Source: an uncultured Alphaproteobacteria bacterium (GTDB lineage Bacteria; Pseudomonadota; Alphaproteobacteria; Rhizobiales; Stappiaceae). From it: a DNA stretch of 64,000 nt. A program made the position numbers and the translations under genes. Positions 1 through 12,628 of the stretch are shown here, piece after piece. Within the stretch, counting starts at the first letter, position 1; each line of letters starts with the position of its first letter. The stretch spans positions 9,586 through 73,585 of the forward strand of contig CAVOQM010000015.1 of assembly GCA_963698365.1 (NCBI GenBank). The letters are read 5' to 3'. The notes beneath the pieces are model-generated. The model did not search any database. It saw nothing but the letters and a program-made list of their open reading frames with translations, and was not told the origin of the DNA.

Positions 1-1315
1 TCGGCCTTCGCCAGCCAGCTTAGAAACGTGCTGACCGCTCTCGACATGGAAGACGAACTCGGCGGCGACGCCGAGGAAGACGACGAGCAGGATTCCGACG
101 ATCAAGGCCGCAACGAGCGCGCCGAAACCTCGGCCGAGGGCGAAGAGGACAGCGGCGAGGAAGAGGGCGCGCCGCAGGAGATGGAGCTTTCCGGCGAGGA
201 GCAGGAGGCAGGCGAAACCGAAGCGCTCGACGGCGAATTCCAGGAAATGGACGACGATTCGTCTCGCCGACGCCGAGGAGCCGGGCGAATCGCCCCGGCG
301 CGACCTGCCCTTCTCCAACCAGCCTCCGGGACCGGACTACAAGGTCTTCACGCGCGCCTTCGACGAAGTGGTGACGGCGGAAGAGCTTTGCGACCAGGCC
401 GAGCTGGACCGTCTGCGCGGTTATCTGGACAAGCAGCTGGCGAACCTTCAGGGCGCGGTTGCGCGGCTCGCCAATCGCCTGCAGCGCAAGCTGCTGGCGC
501 AACAAAACCGCTCCTGGAGTTTCGATCTCGAGGAGGGCCTGCTCGATACCGCCCGCCTGACGCGGGTCGTCACCGATCCGATGCAGCCGCTCGCCTTCAA
601 GCAGGAAAGCGATATCAACTTCCGCGACACCGTGGTGACGCTGCTTCTCGACAATTCCGGCTCCATGCGCGGCAGGCCGATCACGGTTGCCGCCACCTGC
701 GCCGATATTCTTGCCCGCACGCTGGAACGCTGCGGCGTCAAGGTCGAGATCCTGGGCTTCACGACGCGCGCCTGGAAGGGCGGGCAATCGCGGGAAGCCT
801 GGCTTGGCGGGGGAAAACCCGCCCATCCCGGCCGGCTCAACGATCTGCGGCATATCATCTACAAGGCGGCCGACCACCCATGGCGGCGCGCAAGGCGCAA
901 CCTCGGCCTGATGATGCGCGAGGGGTTGCTGAAGGAAAACATCGACGGCGAGGCGCTCGATTGGGCACACCGCCGGCTGCTGGCCCGTCCGGAACAGCGC
1001 AAGATCCTGATGATGATCTCCGACGGCGCTCCCGTCGACGACTGCACCTTGTCGGTCAATCCCGGCAACTATCTGGAGAAGCACCTGCGCTGGGTCATCG
1101 AGGATATCGAAACCCGCTCTCCGGTCGAATTGATCGCCATCGGCATCGGTCACGATGTCACCCGTTACTATCGCCGCGCGGTGACCATCGTCGACGCCGA
1201 GGAACTGGCCGGAGCGATGACCAACCAGCTTGCCGATCTTTTCGATGACGAGGCAGAAGCACCGGTTCGACGCGGAAGACGGGGTGCAGGCAGAGCGGCT
1301 GCAGGCAGGCGATGA
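1..1315 (+). CDS. cobT: Cobaltochelatase subunit CobT (5'-partial; apparent +1 frameshift near 262)
   Basis: Acidic linker in frame 1, then [14 protein letters not shown]..., vWA motif [33 protein letters not shown] in the 368..1315 frame. Confidence 0.93.
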
Positions 1316-2322
1316 GGCGGCTCGCCGCTCTTTTACTCGCATCACTTGCCTGTGCAGGTTTGGCGCATGCGGAACCGGCACTCACCATCGAGACCGTGAC
1401 GGTCGAGAGCCGGCCTATTGCCAATTTCGCCATAGGGCGGCCGTCCGAGACCCGTTTCGGCAAGCTGGACTTCCTTGGCGGTATCGAGCTTTTAGCTAAA
1501 AACCGCCACTTCGGCGGGCTGTCCGGCCTCATCGTGTCGCCAAATGGCGAAGAAATCCTGGCCGTTACGGACAACGGGCTGTGGGTCGCGATCGGTTTGG
1601 AGCAAGCTGCAAACGGCGCGCCGGTGAAAATCCGCAAGGCCGTTGTCGCGCCGATGATCGGCGCCAAAGGCAAACCCCTTCTCGCCTTGGGCCGGGCCGA
1701 CACCGAGGCTATCACGCTGCGCGATATCGATGGCAAGAGCGAGCTTTTCGTCTCGGCTGAAGGCAGGCACGCGATTTACGCGTTCCCCTATCCGCCGGAT
1801 TTCAAAGCGCCGGCGCGAATGCTCGACGCTCCCCTGGACCAGTTGCGACTTCGCTACAACAAGGGGCTGGAGGCACTCGCCGCCTCGCCGGTCGATGGCA
1901 TTTTGCAGGGCGCGCTCGTCGCCATCGGCGAGCAGGGGCAGAGCTACGACGACGATATGCCCGGGCTTTTAATCGGTGGACCGCATCCGGGACGCTTCAG
2001 CGTCAAGCGGGACGGCGACTATGACGCAACCGACGCGGCGTTCCTGCCGGACGGGGACATGGTCCTGCTGGAACGGCGGTTCAATCTTCGCCACGGTATC
2101 GGCATGCGCATTCGCCGCATCAAGGCCGAAAGCCTGAAACCGGGCGAAACCGTCGATGGCGAAGTACTGATGGAAGCCGGCTTCACCAATCAAATCGACA
2201 ATATGGAAGGCATCGCCGTGCACCAAAACGCCGGCGGCGACACCATCCTGACCCTCGTTTCAGACGACAACCGCTCCATCCTGCAGCGAACGCTGCTGCT
2301 GCGGTTTCGCCTCGTCGAGTGA
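1312..2322 (+). CDS. Esterase-like activity of phytase family protein (secreted)
   Basis: Signal peptide; [29 protein letters not shown] motifs; usual neighbour of cobT. Confidence 0.85.
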   Translation: MRRLAALLLASLACAGLAHAEPALTIETVTVESRPIANFAIGRPSETRFGKLDFLGGIELLAKNRHFGGLSGLIVSPNGEEILAVTDNGLWVAIGLEQAANGAPVKIRKAVVAPMIGAKGKPLLALGRADTEAITLRDIDGKSELFVSAEGRHAIYAFPYPPDFKAPARMLDAPLDQLRLRYNKGLEALAASPVDGILQGALVAIGEQGQSYDDDMPGLLIGGPHPGRFSVKRDGDYDATDAAFLPDGDMVLLERRFNLRHGIGMRIRRIKAESLKPGETVDGEVLMEAGFTNQIDNMEGIAVHQNAGGDTILTLVSDDNRSILQRTLLLRFRLVE

Positions 2323-2332
2323 TTTTGCCAAT

Positions 2333-2366
2333 AAAAAAGCGGCGGAGTTTCGCTCCGCCGCCTTTT
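2333..2366. terminator. Bidirectional intrinsic terminator
   Basis: aaaaaa-gcggcggag-tttcg-ctccgccgc-ctttt between convergent genes. Confidence 0.8.
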
Positions 2367-2388
2367 CGAAACCTTGTCGAAAACCCGC

Positions 2389-3042
2389 TCAGGCGAGCTT
2401 TGGCTCGGCTTTGAGGCCGAAGATTGCAAGCAGCACACGGTAGGGCGCAAGCAACGCCGTCGCTACCACCAGCTTGACGACGAAGTCGCCCAACGCCCAG
2501 GAAATCCAGCGCGGAACCTCCGGATCGAAAGCGCCAAGCAGGGGCGCAAGCTCATTGGGGAAATTGCCGTAGTCGCCGAGAATCGGCGTGAAAGCGAGCG
2601 CGAAGGCAAGACTGAAGAACAGCATCGTGTCGAGCACCGAGCCGATCACCGAGGAAACGACCGGCGCTTGCCACCAGGCCTTGGTACGCAGCCGGTCGAA
2701 GATCGCGACATCGAGAAGCTGGGCAACAAGGAAGGCTGTTCCGGAGGCAATCGCGATACGCGGCGTCGCCAGCCAGACGGAAAGCACAACCGCAAGGACG
2801 AAGCCGACCAGCACCACCTTGCGCGCGGCCACCGGGCCGAAGCGACGATTGGTCAGGTCGTTCACCAGAAAGGCCGCCGGATAGGTGAAAGCACCCCAGG
2901 TGAGAATATCGGCAAGATTGACCGGCCCAACCATTCCCGACACGGGAAATTGAACCAGGATGTTGGCCGCCACCACAACGAGAACCATGGCGCTCATGGC
3001 GGCAACAGCCGCGAGCGGTGAAAAACCTTCAGAACGGGTCAT
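2389..3042 (-). CDS. Queuosine precursor transporter (VUT/YhhQ family)
   Basis: Hydrophobic; LTWGAFTYPAAFLVNDL, RIAIASGTAFLVAQLLD, LDTMLFFSLAF motifs. Confidence 0.85.
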   Translation of the reverse strand: MTRSEGFSPLAAVAAMSAMVLVVVAANILVQFPVSGMVGPVNLADILTWGAFTYPAAFLVNDLTNRRFGPVAARKVVLVGFVLAVVLSVWLATPRIAIASGTAFLVAQLLDVAIFDRLRTKAWWQAPVVSSVIGSVLDTMLFFSLAFALAFTPILGDYGNFPNELAPLLGAFDPEVPRWISWALGDFVVKLVVATALLAPYRVLLAIFGLKAEPKLA

Positions 3043-3152
3043 ATTGCTGAAACCTGAATTTGCCCGCCCGGCTCGGCGCCCGGTGCGGAGAATCACGCAC
3101 GAAAAGAGGCGCCGGAGCGCCTCTGGTCATGCAAACGAATGAAAACGCTGGG

Positions 3153-3455
3153 TCAGGCGGCTTCGGCAGCAGCGGCTGCCTGACGGCGCTTGATTTCCGT
3201 CTTCAAAAGGCGGGCGCGCGGAGAAAGCTCGCTATCGACCGCCTTGAGAAGAAATGCATCCAGACCGCCGCGATGCTCGACCGTACGAAGGGCGTGCGCG
3301 GAAATGCGAAGCTTGAATGTCGAGCCGAGCGCGTCGGAAAGCAGCGACACGTTGCACAGGTTCGGCAGGAACCGGCGACGCGACTTGTTGTTGGCATGGC
3401 TGACGTTATTGCCGGACATGACGTCCTTGCCGGTAAGTTCGCAACGGCGGGCCAT
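3153..3455 (-). CDS. rpmB: 50S ribosomal protein L28
   Basis: [10 protein letters not shown]...[19 protein letters not shown]. Confidence 0.98.
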   Translation of the reverse strand: MARRCELTGKDVMSGNNVSHANNKSRRRFLPNLCNVSLLSDALGSTFKLRISAHALRTVEHRGGLDAFLLKAVDSELSPRARLLKTEIKRRQAAAAAEAA

Positions 3456-3861
3456 TGGATCACCTTCTTGTGTTGTTTGGCCCTCGATTTCAGGCCAGAA
3501 GCGGTTAAAGCCGGCGGGCTGCCGATCGCATGATCAGGCAATCTCGCGCGCGGCGATGATTGGAAAGTCGGCTTCCTATAAGGGGCAAGGCCTGCAAGGT
3601 CAAGCGATCTCGAACACCTTTGGCGCGATTCCACCCAATGGGGTATCATGCATTGCGTCAGAACGCATGAGAGGCATGGCCAAGGCGGGGATGTTTGCAG
3701 TACATTAACCATACGGTTACCGCGCGAGTATCATGATGCGGACAAATTGACGGGTCATTTCTGATTTGCAGTCAGGGGAATGTTTGTCAGAGGCTTTTCG
3801 ACAGAAGCTTTTTTGGCAATGGGCCGCGCCAATGCTCTGGTTTCTCGTCGGGTAGCGGCGC

Positions 3862-4767
3862 TTGGAGGATCATATAGTGTTCCGGTTCCGGTCTTTGTCA
3901 GTCAATAAAGCGCGCAATCTCAAGCAGGGTGCAGGCGTTTCGGCCAAATGGCGGCCTGCGATGGCAATTGCCGGCGCAGTTGCTCTCGGCCTCGCTCCAA
4001 CGACCGGCCAGGCCGGCACCGAAAGGCTCGGCGGGGTTTACGATATTTCGGTCGCCGGCTTCAGGATCGCACGGGGATCGCTGTCGCTGGTGGTGCAGGG
4101 CAACGCCTATTCCGCGAAAGTCGGTATGGAACCCGCCGGCATCGGCACTCTCTTTTCCACCGGCAAAGGCGGGGCTGAGGCGTCCGGCTGGCTGCGGGGA
4201 AGCACCGTACAGCCCGCCCGTTACACGATGGCATCGCGCGCATCCAACCGGGATTTCTACGTCGATCTCGCCCTGGGCGCGGGCAATATCAAATCGATGG
4301 ACGTCAGCCCCCAATTCAAGCCCAACAAGGAGCGCATCAAGATCACCGACCAGCATCGCCGCAAGGTCGTCGATCCCCTGAGCGCTATCCTCATGCCGGT
4401 GACCGCAGCCAAGGGGAGTTCCGACGCCGCCGCCTGCAATCGCAAGATTCCGGTGTTCGACGGCTGGACGCGCTTCGACATTCATCTTGCCTATAAGGAA
4501 ACCAGGCAAGTATCCGGGCACGGATACGATGGGCCGGTCGTGGTTTGCTCCGCGCAGTGGATTCCAGTTGCCGGCCACCGCCCCTCAAGGGCAAAGGCCA
4601 GCTACATGACCGACAACAAGAGCATGGAAGCATGGCTTGCGCCATTGAAAGCCGGGCGCGTTTTCGTGCCCTATCGCATCCAGATGTCGACGAGGACGGG
4701 GCTTTTGGTGGTTGAAGCGAATACGTTGAAACTTTCGGGAAGCGAAAACGACCAGGCGGCGCGATAA
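3862..4767 (+). CDS. DUF3108 domain protein (start may be further downstream)
   Basis: Signal-like segment; VVDPLSA, IPVFDGWTRFDI, WIPVAGHR motifs; typical neighbour of rpmB. Confidence 0.75.
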   Translation: MEDHIVFRFRSLSVNKARNLKQGAGVSAKWRPAMAIAGAVALGLAPTTGQAGTERLGGVYDISVAGFRIARGSLSLVVQGNAYSAKVGMEPAGIGTLFSTGKGGAEASGWLRGSTVQPARYTMASRASNRDFYVDLALGAGNIKSMDVSPQFKPNKERIKITDQHRRKVVDPLSAILMPVTAAKGSSDAAACNRKIPVFDGWTRFDIHLAYKETRQVSGHGYDGPVVVCSAQWIPVAGHRPSRAKASYMTDNKSMEAWLAPLKAGRVFVPYRIQMSTRTGLLVVEANTLKLSGSENDQAAR

Positions 4768-4967
4768 TCCGCGTTCACTTACAACTCGCCACGTCACCTC
4801 GTCTTGACAGCGGCGGCACGCATCGCCAGTGTCACGCCGCATATCTTCATGCTCGTAACATGATCCGTGATCCCATAGCGTCGGGCCAACCGCACAGGGT
4901 TTGCCGGGCAAGAGCATGCTCCGGAACCCGCGCGCGCCCCCGGCGCCAGTAACGAGACCTTCGATCC

Positions 4968-5921
4968 ATGCACAGCTTTCTCGAATTCGAAAAACCGGTG
5001 GCGGAACTTGCCGGCAAGGTCCACGAATTGAAGGCGCTGGCCCAAAGCGGCGAAGCTGTGGATGTCGACGACGAAATCGCCAAGCTGCAGACCAAAGCGG
5101 ACCAGGCGCTGCGCGACATCTACGCCAAGCTCACCCCCTGGCAGAAAACGCTGGTGGCGCGCCACCCCGACCGGCCGCACGCCGTGGACTATATCAGCGG
5201 CCTGATCGAGGATTTCACCCCGCTCGCCGGTGACCGCACTTATTCCGAAGACGCGGCGATCACCGCCGGTTTCGGCCGGTTTCGCGGCCGCTCGGTCGCT
5301 GTGCTCGGGCAGGAGAAAGGCCACGACACCCAGTCGCGGCTGAAACATAATTTCGGCATGGCCCGACCGGAAGGCTACCGCAAGGCCGTTCGCATCATGG
5401 AACTGGCCAGCCGGTTCGAAGTGCCGGTGATATCGCTCGTCGACACCGCCGGCGCCTATCCCGGCATCGGCGCGGAAGAGCGCGGCCAGGCAGAGGCGAT
5501 CGCCCGCTCAACCGACGCCTGCCTCGCATTGGAAACGCCGAACATCGCCCTGATCATCGGCGAGGGCGGATCGGGCGGCGCCATCGCCATTGCTACCGCC
5601 AATCACGTAGCGATGCTGGAGCATGCAATCTACAGCGTGATTTCGCCGGAGGCCGGCGCCTCGATCTTGTGGCGCGACAGCGCCCGGGCCCAGGATGCTG
5701 CGACCAACATGAAAATCACCGCCCAGGACCTGATCAAGCTCGGCATCATCGACGAAATCGTTGCCGAGCCTCTGGGCGGCGCCCATCGCGCCAGCGAAAC
5801 CGTCATCGATCGGGCCGGCGGGATCATCGAAAAGGCGCTCGCCCGCTTCGACGGCATGTCGGCGGATGATGTGAGAAAGCAACGGCGCGAAAAATTCCTC
5901 AAGATTGGCCGGGCACTTTGA
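4968..5921 (+). CDS. accA: Acetyl-CoA carboxylase carboxyltransferase alpha subunit
   Basis: FLEFEKP, ARHPDRP, GAYPGIGAEERGQ, GEGGSGGA, YSVISPE. Confidence 0.98.
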   Translation: MHSFLEFEKPVAELAGKVHELKALAQSGEAVDVDDEIAKLQTKADQALRDIYAKLTPWQKTLVARHPDRPHAVDYISGLIEDFTPLAGDRTYSEDAAITAGFGRFRGRSVAVLGQEKGHDTQSRLKHNFGMARPEGYRKAVRIMELASRFEVPVISLVDTAGAYPGIGAEERGQAEAIARSTDACLALETPNIALIIGEGGSGGAIAIATANHVAMLEHAIYSVISPEAGASILWRDSARAQDAATNMKITAQDLIKLGIIDEIVAEPLGGAHRASETVIDRAGGIIEKALARFDGMSADDVRKQRREKFLKIGRAL

Positions 5922-6116
5922 CGCATTGAGGTGCAGTGGGCCAGATCCTGCCGCCAAATCGCCAGATTCATCCCTCACGGAGGGCATGAAGGCCGAGGTA
6001 GCCGTCGCGCACGCGCGATCGGTAACCTCTGATAAACCCTGATTGGGTAGTTTTGTAGCGATCACCGGGCCATGGAACGTTCCGTTCAAATCGCCCAATT
6101 CAACGAAAGTTCGGAC

Positions 6117-7454
6117 ATGGTGGATCGAAAGCGCCATTTCGGGTTCCGCAATCCCGGCAAGCTCAATTCCGGTATTGGCCGCATTTGGCCGAGGTTGGCC
6201 GGCGCGGTGCTGCTTGCCGGTTTTCTGGCCGCCTGCCAGGCGGACGAACTAGGCTACGGCCCCAAGGCGCAGCGTCCGGTGAACGCCGATATCAAGGAAA
6301 AAATGACGAAGCTCGGCATGAAGGACGAATCTCCTATCATGATCCGAATCTTCAAGGAAGAATCCGCGCTTGAAGTCTGGAAGGCCAAGCCGGACGGGCG
6401 CTATGCGCTGCTTGATACTTTCGAAATCTGCAAGTGGTCGGGCGAACTCGGGCCCAAATTCAAGGAAGGCGACCGTCAGGCGCCGGAAGGTTTCTACGAG
6501 ATCACACCGGCGCTGATGAACCCCAATTCCAACTATTATCTCTCTTTCAATCTGGGCTACCCGAACAAATACGACCGCGCCTACGGACGCACCGGCACGC
6601 ATCTCATGGTGCATGGCGCCTGCTCGTCGCGCGGCTGCTACGCCATGACCGATGAGCAGATCCAGGACATCTACGCGCTCGCCCGCGATTCCTTCAAAGG
6701 CGGACAGCGTTCCTTCCAGGTTCAGGCGCTCCCCTTCCGCATGACGGCGGAAAATCTGGCGAAGCATCAAGATAGCGAGCACCTCGATTTCTGGATGATG
6801 CTGAAGCGCGGTTACGATCACTTCGAAGTGACGAAGCAGCCGCCGAAAGTGGCCGTCTGCGAAAAGAAATATGTCTTCGACGCAACGCCCGTGGTGGAAG
6901 GCGTTCCTTTCAACGCCGTCGGCAAATGCCCGGATTATGCGGTTCCAGATGCTGTAGAGCTTCAGGTCGCAGCGAAGGAACGCGCGGATCGGGAAAAGAT
7001 CCACCAGATCGTCGCCAGCACCAGGCGTGCGGAAGAGCGCAAGAAGCAGTTCGCCGCACTCTTCGGCGGCGGCACGGACGATGAATCCGATGCTCCCGCA
7101 GCCGTCGACGCATCGCCGATCCCGGCGGAGGCTGCCACGGCAATCGCGGCGGCGGCTGCGCCCGAAGCACCCGCACCAACCGATGCGGCAAAGGCAGGCA
7201 CGGCGGCGATTGCAACGACGCAAGCCCCCTCTGATGCGGAAACTGCCGAACCGCAATCGACAGCGGACGCAGTTCCGACCGCAACAGCCTATGCGGCGGA
7301 AGGCAAGGCCACCTCTTCGACCGGGAGCTTCTTCAGCCGGTTCATCCCCTCCTTCGGTTCCTCTTCCCTGAGAAGCACAGCCGAAGCGAATGAGGCGGCA
7401 ACAACGGACCCGGCACTGGCATCGGCACCGGCCCCCGCGCCCAAGCCCAACTGA
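6117..7454 (+). CDS. Murein L,D-transpeptidase family lipoprotein (YafK/DpaA-like) with Ala/Pro-rich tail
   Basis: Lipobox LAAC; GPKFKEGDRQAPEGFY, MVHGACSSRGCY catalytic motif. Confidence 0.88.
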   Translation: MVDRKRHFGFRNPGKLNSGIGRIWPRLAGAVLLAGFLAACQADELGYGPKAQRPVNADIKEKMTKLGMKDESPIMIRIFKEESALEVWKAKPDGRYALLDTFEICKWSGELGPKFKEGDRQAPEGFYEITPALMNPNSNYYLSFNLGYPNKYDRAYGRTGTHLMVHGACSSRGCYAMTDEQIQDIYALARDSFKGGQRSFQVQALPFRMTAENLAKHQDSEHLDFWMMLKRGYDHFEVTKQPPKVAVCEKKYVFDATPVVEGVPFNAVGKCPDYAVPDAVELQVAAKERADREKIHQIVASTRRAEERKKQFAALFGGGTDDESDAPAAVDASPIPAEAATAIAAAAAPEAPAPTDAAKAGTAAIATTQAPSDAETAEPQSTADAVPTATAYAAEGKATSSTGSFFSRFIPSFGSSSLRSTAEANEAATTDPALASAPAPAPKPN

Positions 7455-7504
7455 CAACGAAAACGCGGGCCGGGCGTTTCACCGCGCCCTCGGCCCGCGA
7501 ACGT

Positions 7505-8224
7505 TCACGCCCAGATCGCCATCCGCAGACCTTTGCCATCGCGGCTGAAATCGAGCGGGAATGGCTTTGCAACGCCCTTGGCGATCCGCTCGGCGATAAC
7601 GGAACTGACGCAGGCATCGAGCAGATCGTCGCGCGCAGCACCTCTCGGCGGCTTTTGATCGAGAAACTCCCGCTCAAACCCATATTCAATCAGCAGATCC
7701 CGGCGCTCATCCAACCCAGGACCGTTCCCACGGCTTTTCACCTTCTTCGGCAGAGACATATGCGTTTCGCCGTTCAGCCGCCAAAAGGCGACTTCGGGGT
7801 GAACCTCGAAGATCCTTGCTTCCATTTCGACCGACATCAGTTGGTCGATCTCGCGGATTTTCGGAAACAATTGAAATGCCTGTTTCGATATTTTTCGTGG
7901 CGGGTCGGATGTTTCAAGCGCCACCCGGCAGGCCTCCCAATAGTCTTCGCAATAGACCGCCGCCCGCGACGGCATCGAAAACACCGAGGACTGGCGTTTT
8001 TCCAGCAACGGCCTCACCGCCCGCTCCGGCCCTCGCCCTCGCGGGCCAGAGCGATCCGGCAGGCCGATCGGCATATCGACGGCAACAATAACGGGAGCAT
8101 CGGAAACGGCGATGATTTCGCTGAAACTGGAAAAAATAAAAACCTCGGGGGATTTTCGACTTTCAATATCGCGCAGAACGGCGATCCAGCCGCCTTTTGC
8201 CCCGTCCACACCGGCAACCCGCAT
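7505..8224 (-). CDS. DUF429 domain protein (RNase H-like fold)
   Basis: VAGVDG, AVDMPIGL, EVHPEVAF, DDLLDA motifs. Confidence 0.85.
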   Translation of the reverse strand: MRVAGVDGAKGGWIAVLRDIESRKSPEVFIFSSFSEIIAVSDAPVIVAVDMPIGLPDRSGPRGRGPERAVRPLLEKRQSSVFSMPSRAAVYCEDYWEACRVALETSDPPRKISKQAFQLFPKIREIDQLMSVEMEARIFEVHPEVAFWRLNGETHMSLPKKVKSRGNGPGLDERRDLLIEYGFEREFLDQKPPRGAARDDLLDACVSSVIAERIAKGVAKPFPLDFSRDGKGLRMAIWA

Positions 8225-8264
8225 TTGATCCTCCCACTTTCCGCAACGAAAGGTGGACAGTGTC

Positions 8265-9164
8265 TCAGGCAGGCCGGGGACGGTCAAGAATGCGGCGGGA
8301 GGAGACCAGCGCCATGGGGCCAAGGATCGACGCCTGCTCCGAGGAGAGCAGCAGTTCGGTCGAACCTTGCTTCACGCTACGGGCGACAAGCTCGAAAGTA
8401 GAGGCGGCAGCACGCCGAAGCGCCCCTTCCTCGCCATGGCCCTCAAGCAGGCGGGCAGTGAAAAGCGCGGAAATCAGATCGCCGGTTCCATGCGGCGCGT
8501 CCGGCACCAGACCATGTTCGGCGGCCATTGACCCACCGGGCCCGACCAGGAGGTTGGAGACCGAATTGCGCCTCAGGGCCGGCGAGGAGGTGACGAGAAC
8601 GCGCTCCGGCCCAAGGGCGCGGGCAGCCGCAATCGCCTGCATCTCGGTTTCGATTTCCATCCCCGTCAGCCAGGCGAGTTCAAATCGGTTGGGCGTTGCA
8701 ATGTCGGCGCGCGAGACGAGATGCTCGCGCATCGCCTCGGCAGTCGCTTCTGGAACATAAAGGCCGCTGCCGTCGCCGAGCACGGGATCGCAGACATACC
8801 ATGCCTGCGGATTGGCCTTCTTGAGCGCATCGACCAGCCTTCCCACCTCAGCCGCCTGCTCTGGCGCGCCGAGATAACCCGTGATGATGGCGCCGACGGA
8901 GGAAAGCATTTGCGAACCGGCGAGATCGTCTACAAGGCCGGCGAAATCCGCCGCCGGCGGCACCATCCGCGTGCCCTTGCCCTGTCCCGGATGCCAGGGC
9001 AGCAAAACGGTTGGCAGGAACCAGACGGGAAAGCCCAGCCGCTCGAGCGCGAATACGGCGCCGCGCCCGCCTATCGCGCCGCAAACAACCTGCGACGTCA
9101 CGACGAGAATGGGCTGGCGCAGGGCGTTTTGGGCATTGCCGGTAGGAAGGTGAGGCGGGATCAT
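8265..9164 (-). CDS. pdxY: Pyridoxal kinase
   Basis: SQVVCGAIGG, ITGYLG, VCDPVLGD, TPNRFEL, HGTGDL. Confidence 0.9.
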   Translation of the reverse strand: MIPPHLPTGNAQNALRQPILVVTSQVVCGAIGGRGAVFALERLGFPVWFLPTVLLPWHPGQGKGTRMVPPAADFAGLVDDLAGSQMLSSVGAIITGYLGAPEQAAEVGRLVDALKKANPQAWYVCDPVLGDGSGLYVPEATAEAMREHLVSRADIATPNRFELAWLTGMEIETEMQAIAAARALGPERVLVTSSPALRRNSVSNLLVGPGGSMAAEHGLVPDAPHGTGDLISALFTARLLEGHGEEGALRRAAASTFELVARSVKQGSTELLLSSEQASILGPMALVSSRRILDRPRPA

Positions 9165-9192
9165 CAAGGCGTCCGATCGGTCAAAAGGCGCT

Positions 9193-10487
<1,295 letters not shown>

Positions 10488-10742
10488 AAGGCGGACCCGG
10501 AAAGAGGCGTCGCTCGGTGACGCAGTCGTAACCTTGATTAGTGCGCCACCCCGCCGCTTGCAAGGGGAACGGGGGATAAGCGGCCATTCGAACCGGGCGG
10601 AGGTGACCCGGCCGATGCGAGGCCGCAGTGTACCGAACGCAAACCAATGACGTTGGTTGTGATCCGCGCATCAACTCGCCATTAACGTTTATACGGCGAA
10701 GGTTCGCTGCTTCGATTTCAAGCGCTGTTCTCAGGCATTCCA

Positions 10743-11662
10743 ATGTCGACAACAATTTTGCTCATTCAAAGGGCCCTTCAAAGCACTGTTCAGCAATTTC
10801 CGGGACTTCATTCGCCTAATCGCAGGCTGGATGGCTCTGGCCTATATCCTGTTATCAATCAGCTATGGCCTTGAATTCTTTGACATTAGCAGCAAGGGCG
10901 CGAGGTTTTTCGATGTAGCATTTTGGGTGCTCATGTTCTTCGCTTGGATATCGGTCAGGTCGGTTGGAGTAGACTATTGCTGCTGGATGAGCGGCCTGCC
11001 AGCGTATCATCCCACTTTTCGGGCATCGCGAAATAGCCTACCTTAAACGAAAATTGGCTATAATGCGCCTGTTTTTCGTTATATATACTTTCCTTGCATT
11101 GATATTGATATTGATCTTTGTTTTTGCAGAATCAATCTCGCTGGCATGAAGCAGACGATTTATTTAATGATTACATTTTCTTAATTCGTCATTTGTTATA
11201 CTTATTGCTACTTCGCCGATCTTGATGCGCATATCCTTCATATTTCCGGCGATCGCAGTGGATGAACCGAAGACACTGAAAGAGGCTTGGCGCGCCAGCC
11301 ACGGCCTTGGCATACCAATGGCGGTGGCAGGCCTTAGTATATGAATTTTATACGTAATTCTAATCCTTGCTTTTACAGTAATTCTTACAATTTTATTTTT
11401 TGCCATAACCATTACACTGTCTTTGATAATGCCTGAATATATTTTTGGTAACATCCTCGAAAACTCTATTGATCTGCTCGAGAACGCTCTGGAATTAGAT
11501 CTTCCATTTCTTGAAGCGCTTCAGCAGATACTAATCGCAACCTTGTTTAATTCCGTAATCATCGGCGGTTACCACATCATGTGGCAAAGACGCGAGGACA
11601 ATGAAAACCGACTTGCGTCACGCACTTCTGGTGAGTCGAACTCAGGAGAGCTTTCCCGGTAA
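10743..11662 (+). pseudogene. Fragmented AT-rich multi-TM membrane protein
   Basis: Hydrophobic fragments in different frames (FRDFIRLIAGW; VGWSRLLLLDERP; RISFIFPAIAVDEPKTLKEAWRASHG) with several frameshifts and an in-frame TGA at 11342. Confidence 0.6.
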
Positions 11663-11809
11663 GTCCATGCGTCGAGGACAGTGACCTTAGAACACTGATC
11701 TTCCTGACCCATATTGCACTGCACTGTCGATTGGCGTCATATGCTCCCAGCTTGGCAAAGGCGGAAACGCAATCCGCCTCGCCGCAACGAACGCCAAAGG
11801 GAGATTGTC

Positions 11810-12592
11810 ATGCTTGCCCAGAAAACCGCCCTCGTCACCGGCTCCACCTCGGGAATCGGGCTGGAAATCGCCCGCGCGCTGGCCAAGGAAGGCGCAAATA
11901 TCGTCATCAACGGCTTTGGCGAGGCGGCTGCGATCGAGAAGGAACGCACCGGCATCGAAAAAGACTTCGACGTGAAGTGCCGCTATTCGGCGGCCGACAT
12001 GACCAAGCCCGCCGAGATCGCCGCCATGATCGCGGACGCGGAGAAGGAATTCGGCGCCATCGACGTGCTGGTCAACAATGCCGGCATCCAGTTCGTCTCT
12101 CCGGTCGAAGAATTTCCGATCGAGAAATGGGACGCGATCATCGCCATCAACCTTTCCTCGGCGTTTCACACGATCCGCGCCGCCCTGCCGGCCATGAAGA
12201 AAAAGGGCTGGGGCCGGATCATCAACACCGCATCCGCCCATGCGCTCGTCGCATCGCCCTTCAAGGCGGCCTATGTGGCAGCCAAGCACGGCATCGCCGG
12301 CCTGACGAAGACGGTCGCGCTGGAAGTGGCGCAAGACAATATCACCGTCAATGCCGTCTGCCCCGGCTACGTCTGGACGCCGCTGGTCGAGCGCCAGATC
12401 CCCGACACCATGAAGGCGCGCAACATGACGGCGGAAGAGGTCAAGCGCGACGTTCTGCTTGCAGCCCAGCCGACCAAGAAGTTCGTCACCGTCGACCAGG
12501 TGGCGGCGATGAATGTTTTCCTGTGTTCGGATGCCGCATCCTCCATCACCGGCACCATGCTGCAGATGGACGGCGGCTGGGTCGCCCAGTAA
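11810..12592 (+). CDS. bdhA: 3-hydroxybutyrate dehydrogenase
   Basis: SDR: TGSTSGIG, NNAGIQ, SAHALVAS..KAAYVAAKHG, CPGYVWTPLV. Confidence 0.93.
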   Translation: MLAQKTALVTGSTSGIGLEIARALAKEGANIVINGFGEAAAIEKERTGIEKDFDVKCRYSAADMTKPAEIAAMIADAEKEFGAIDVLVNNAGIQFVSPVEEFPIEKWDAIIAINLSSAFHTIRAALPAMKKKGWGRIINTASAHALVASPFKAAYVAAKHGIAGLTKTVALEVAQDNITVNAVCPGYVWTPLVERQIPDTMKARNMTAEEVKRDVLLAAQPTKKFVTVDQVAAMNVFLCSDAASSITGTMLQMDGGWVAQ

Positions 12593-12628
12593 ACGCAAAA
12601 TATCGCAGCGCCGGAGCGGGACACCCAT

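Noticed and set aside
3043-3152. preQ1 riboswitch ahead of the VUT transporter
   Set aside because: Only a terminator-like hairpin after rpmB is seen; no recognisable preQ1 aptamer
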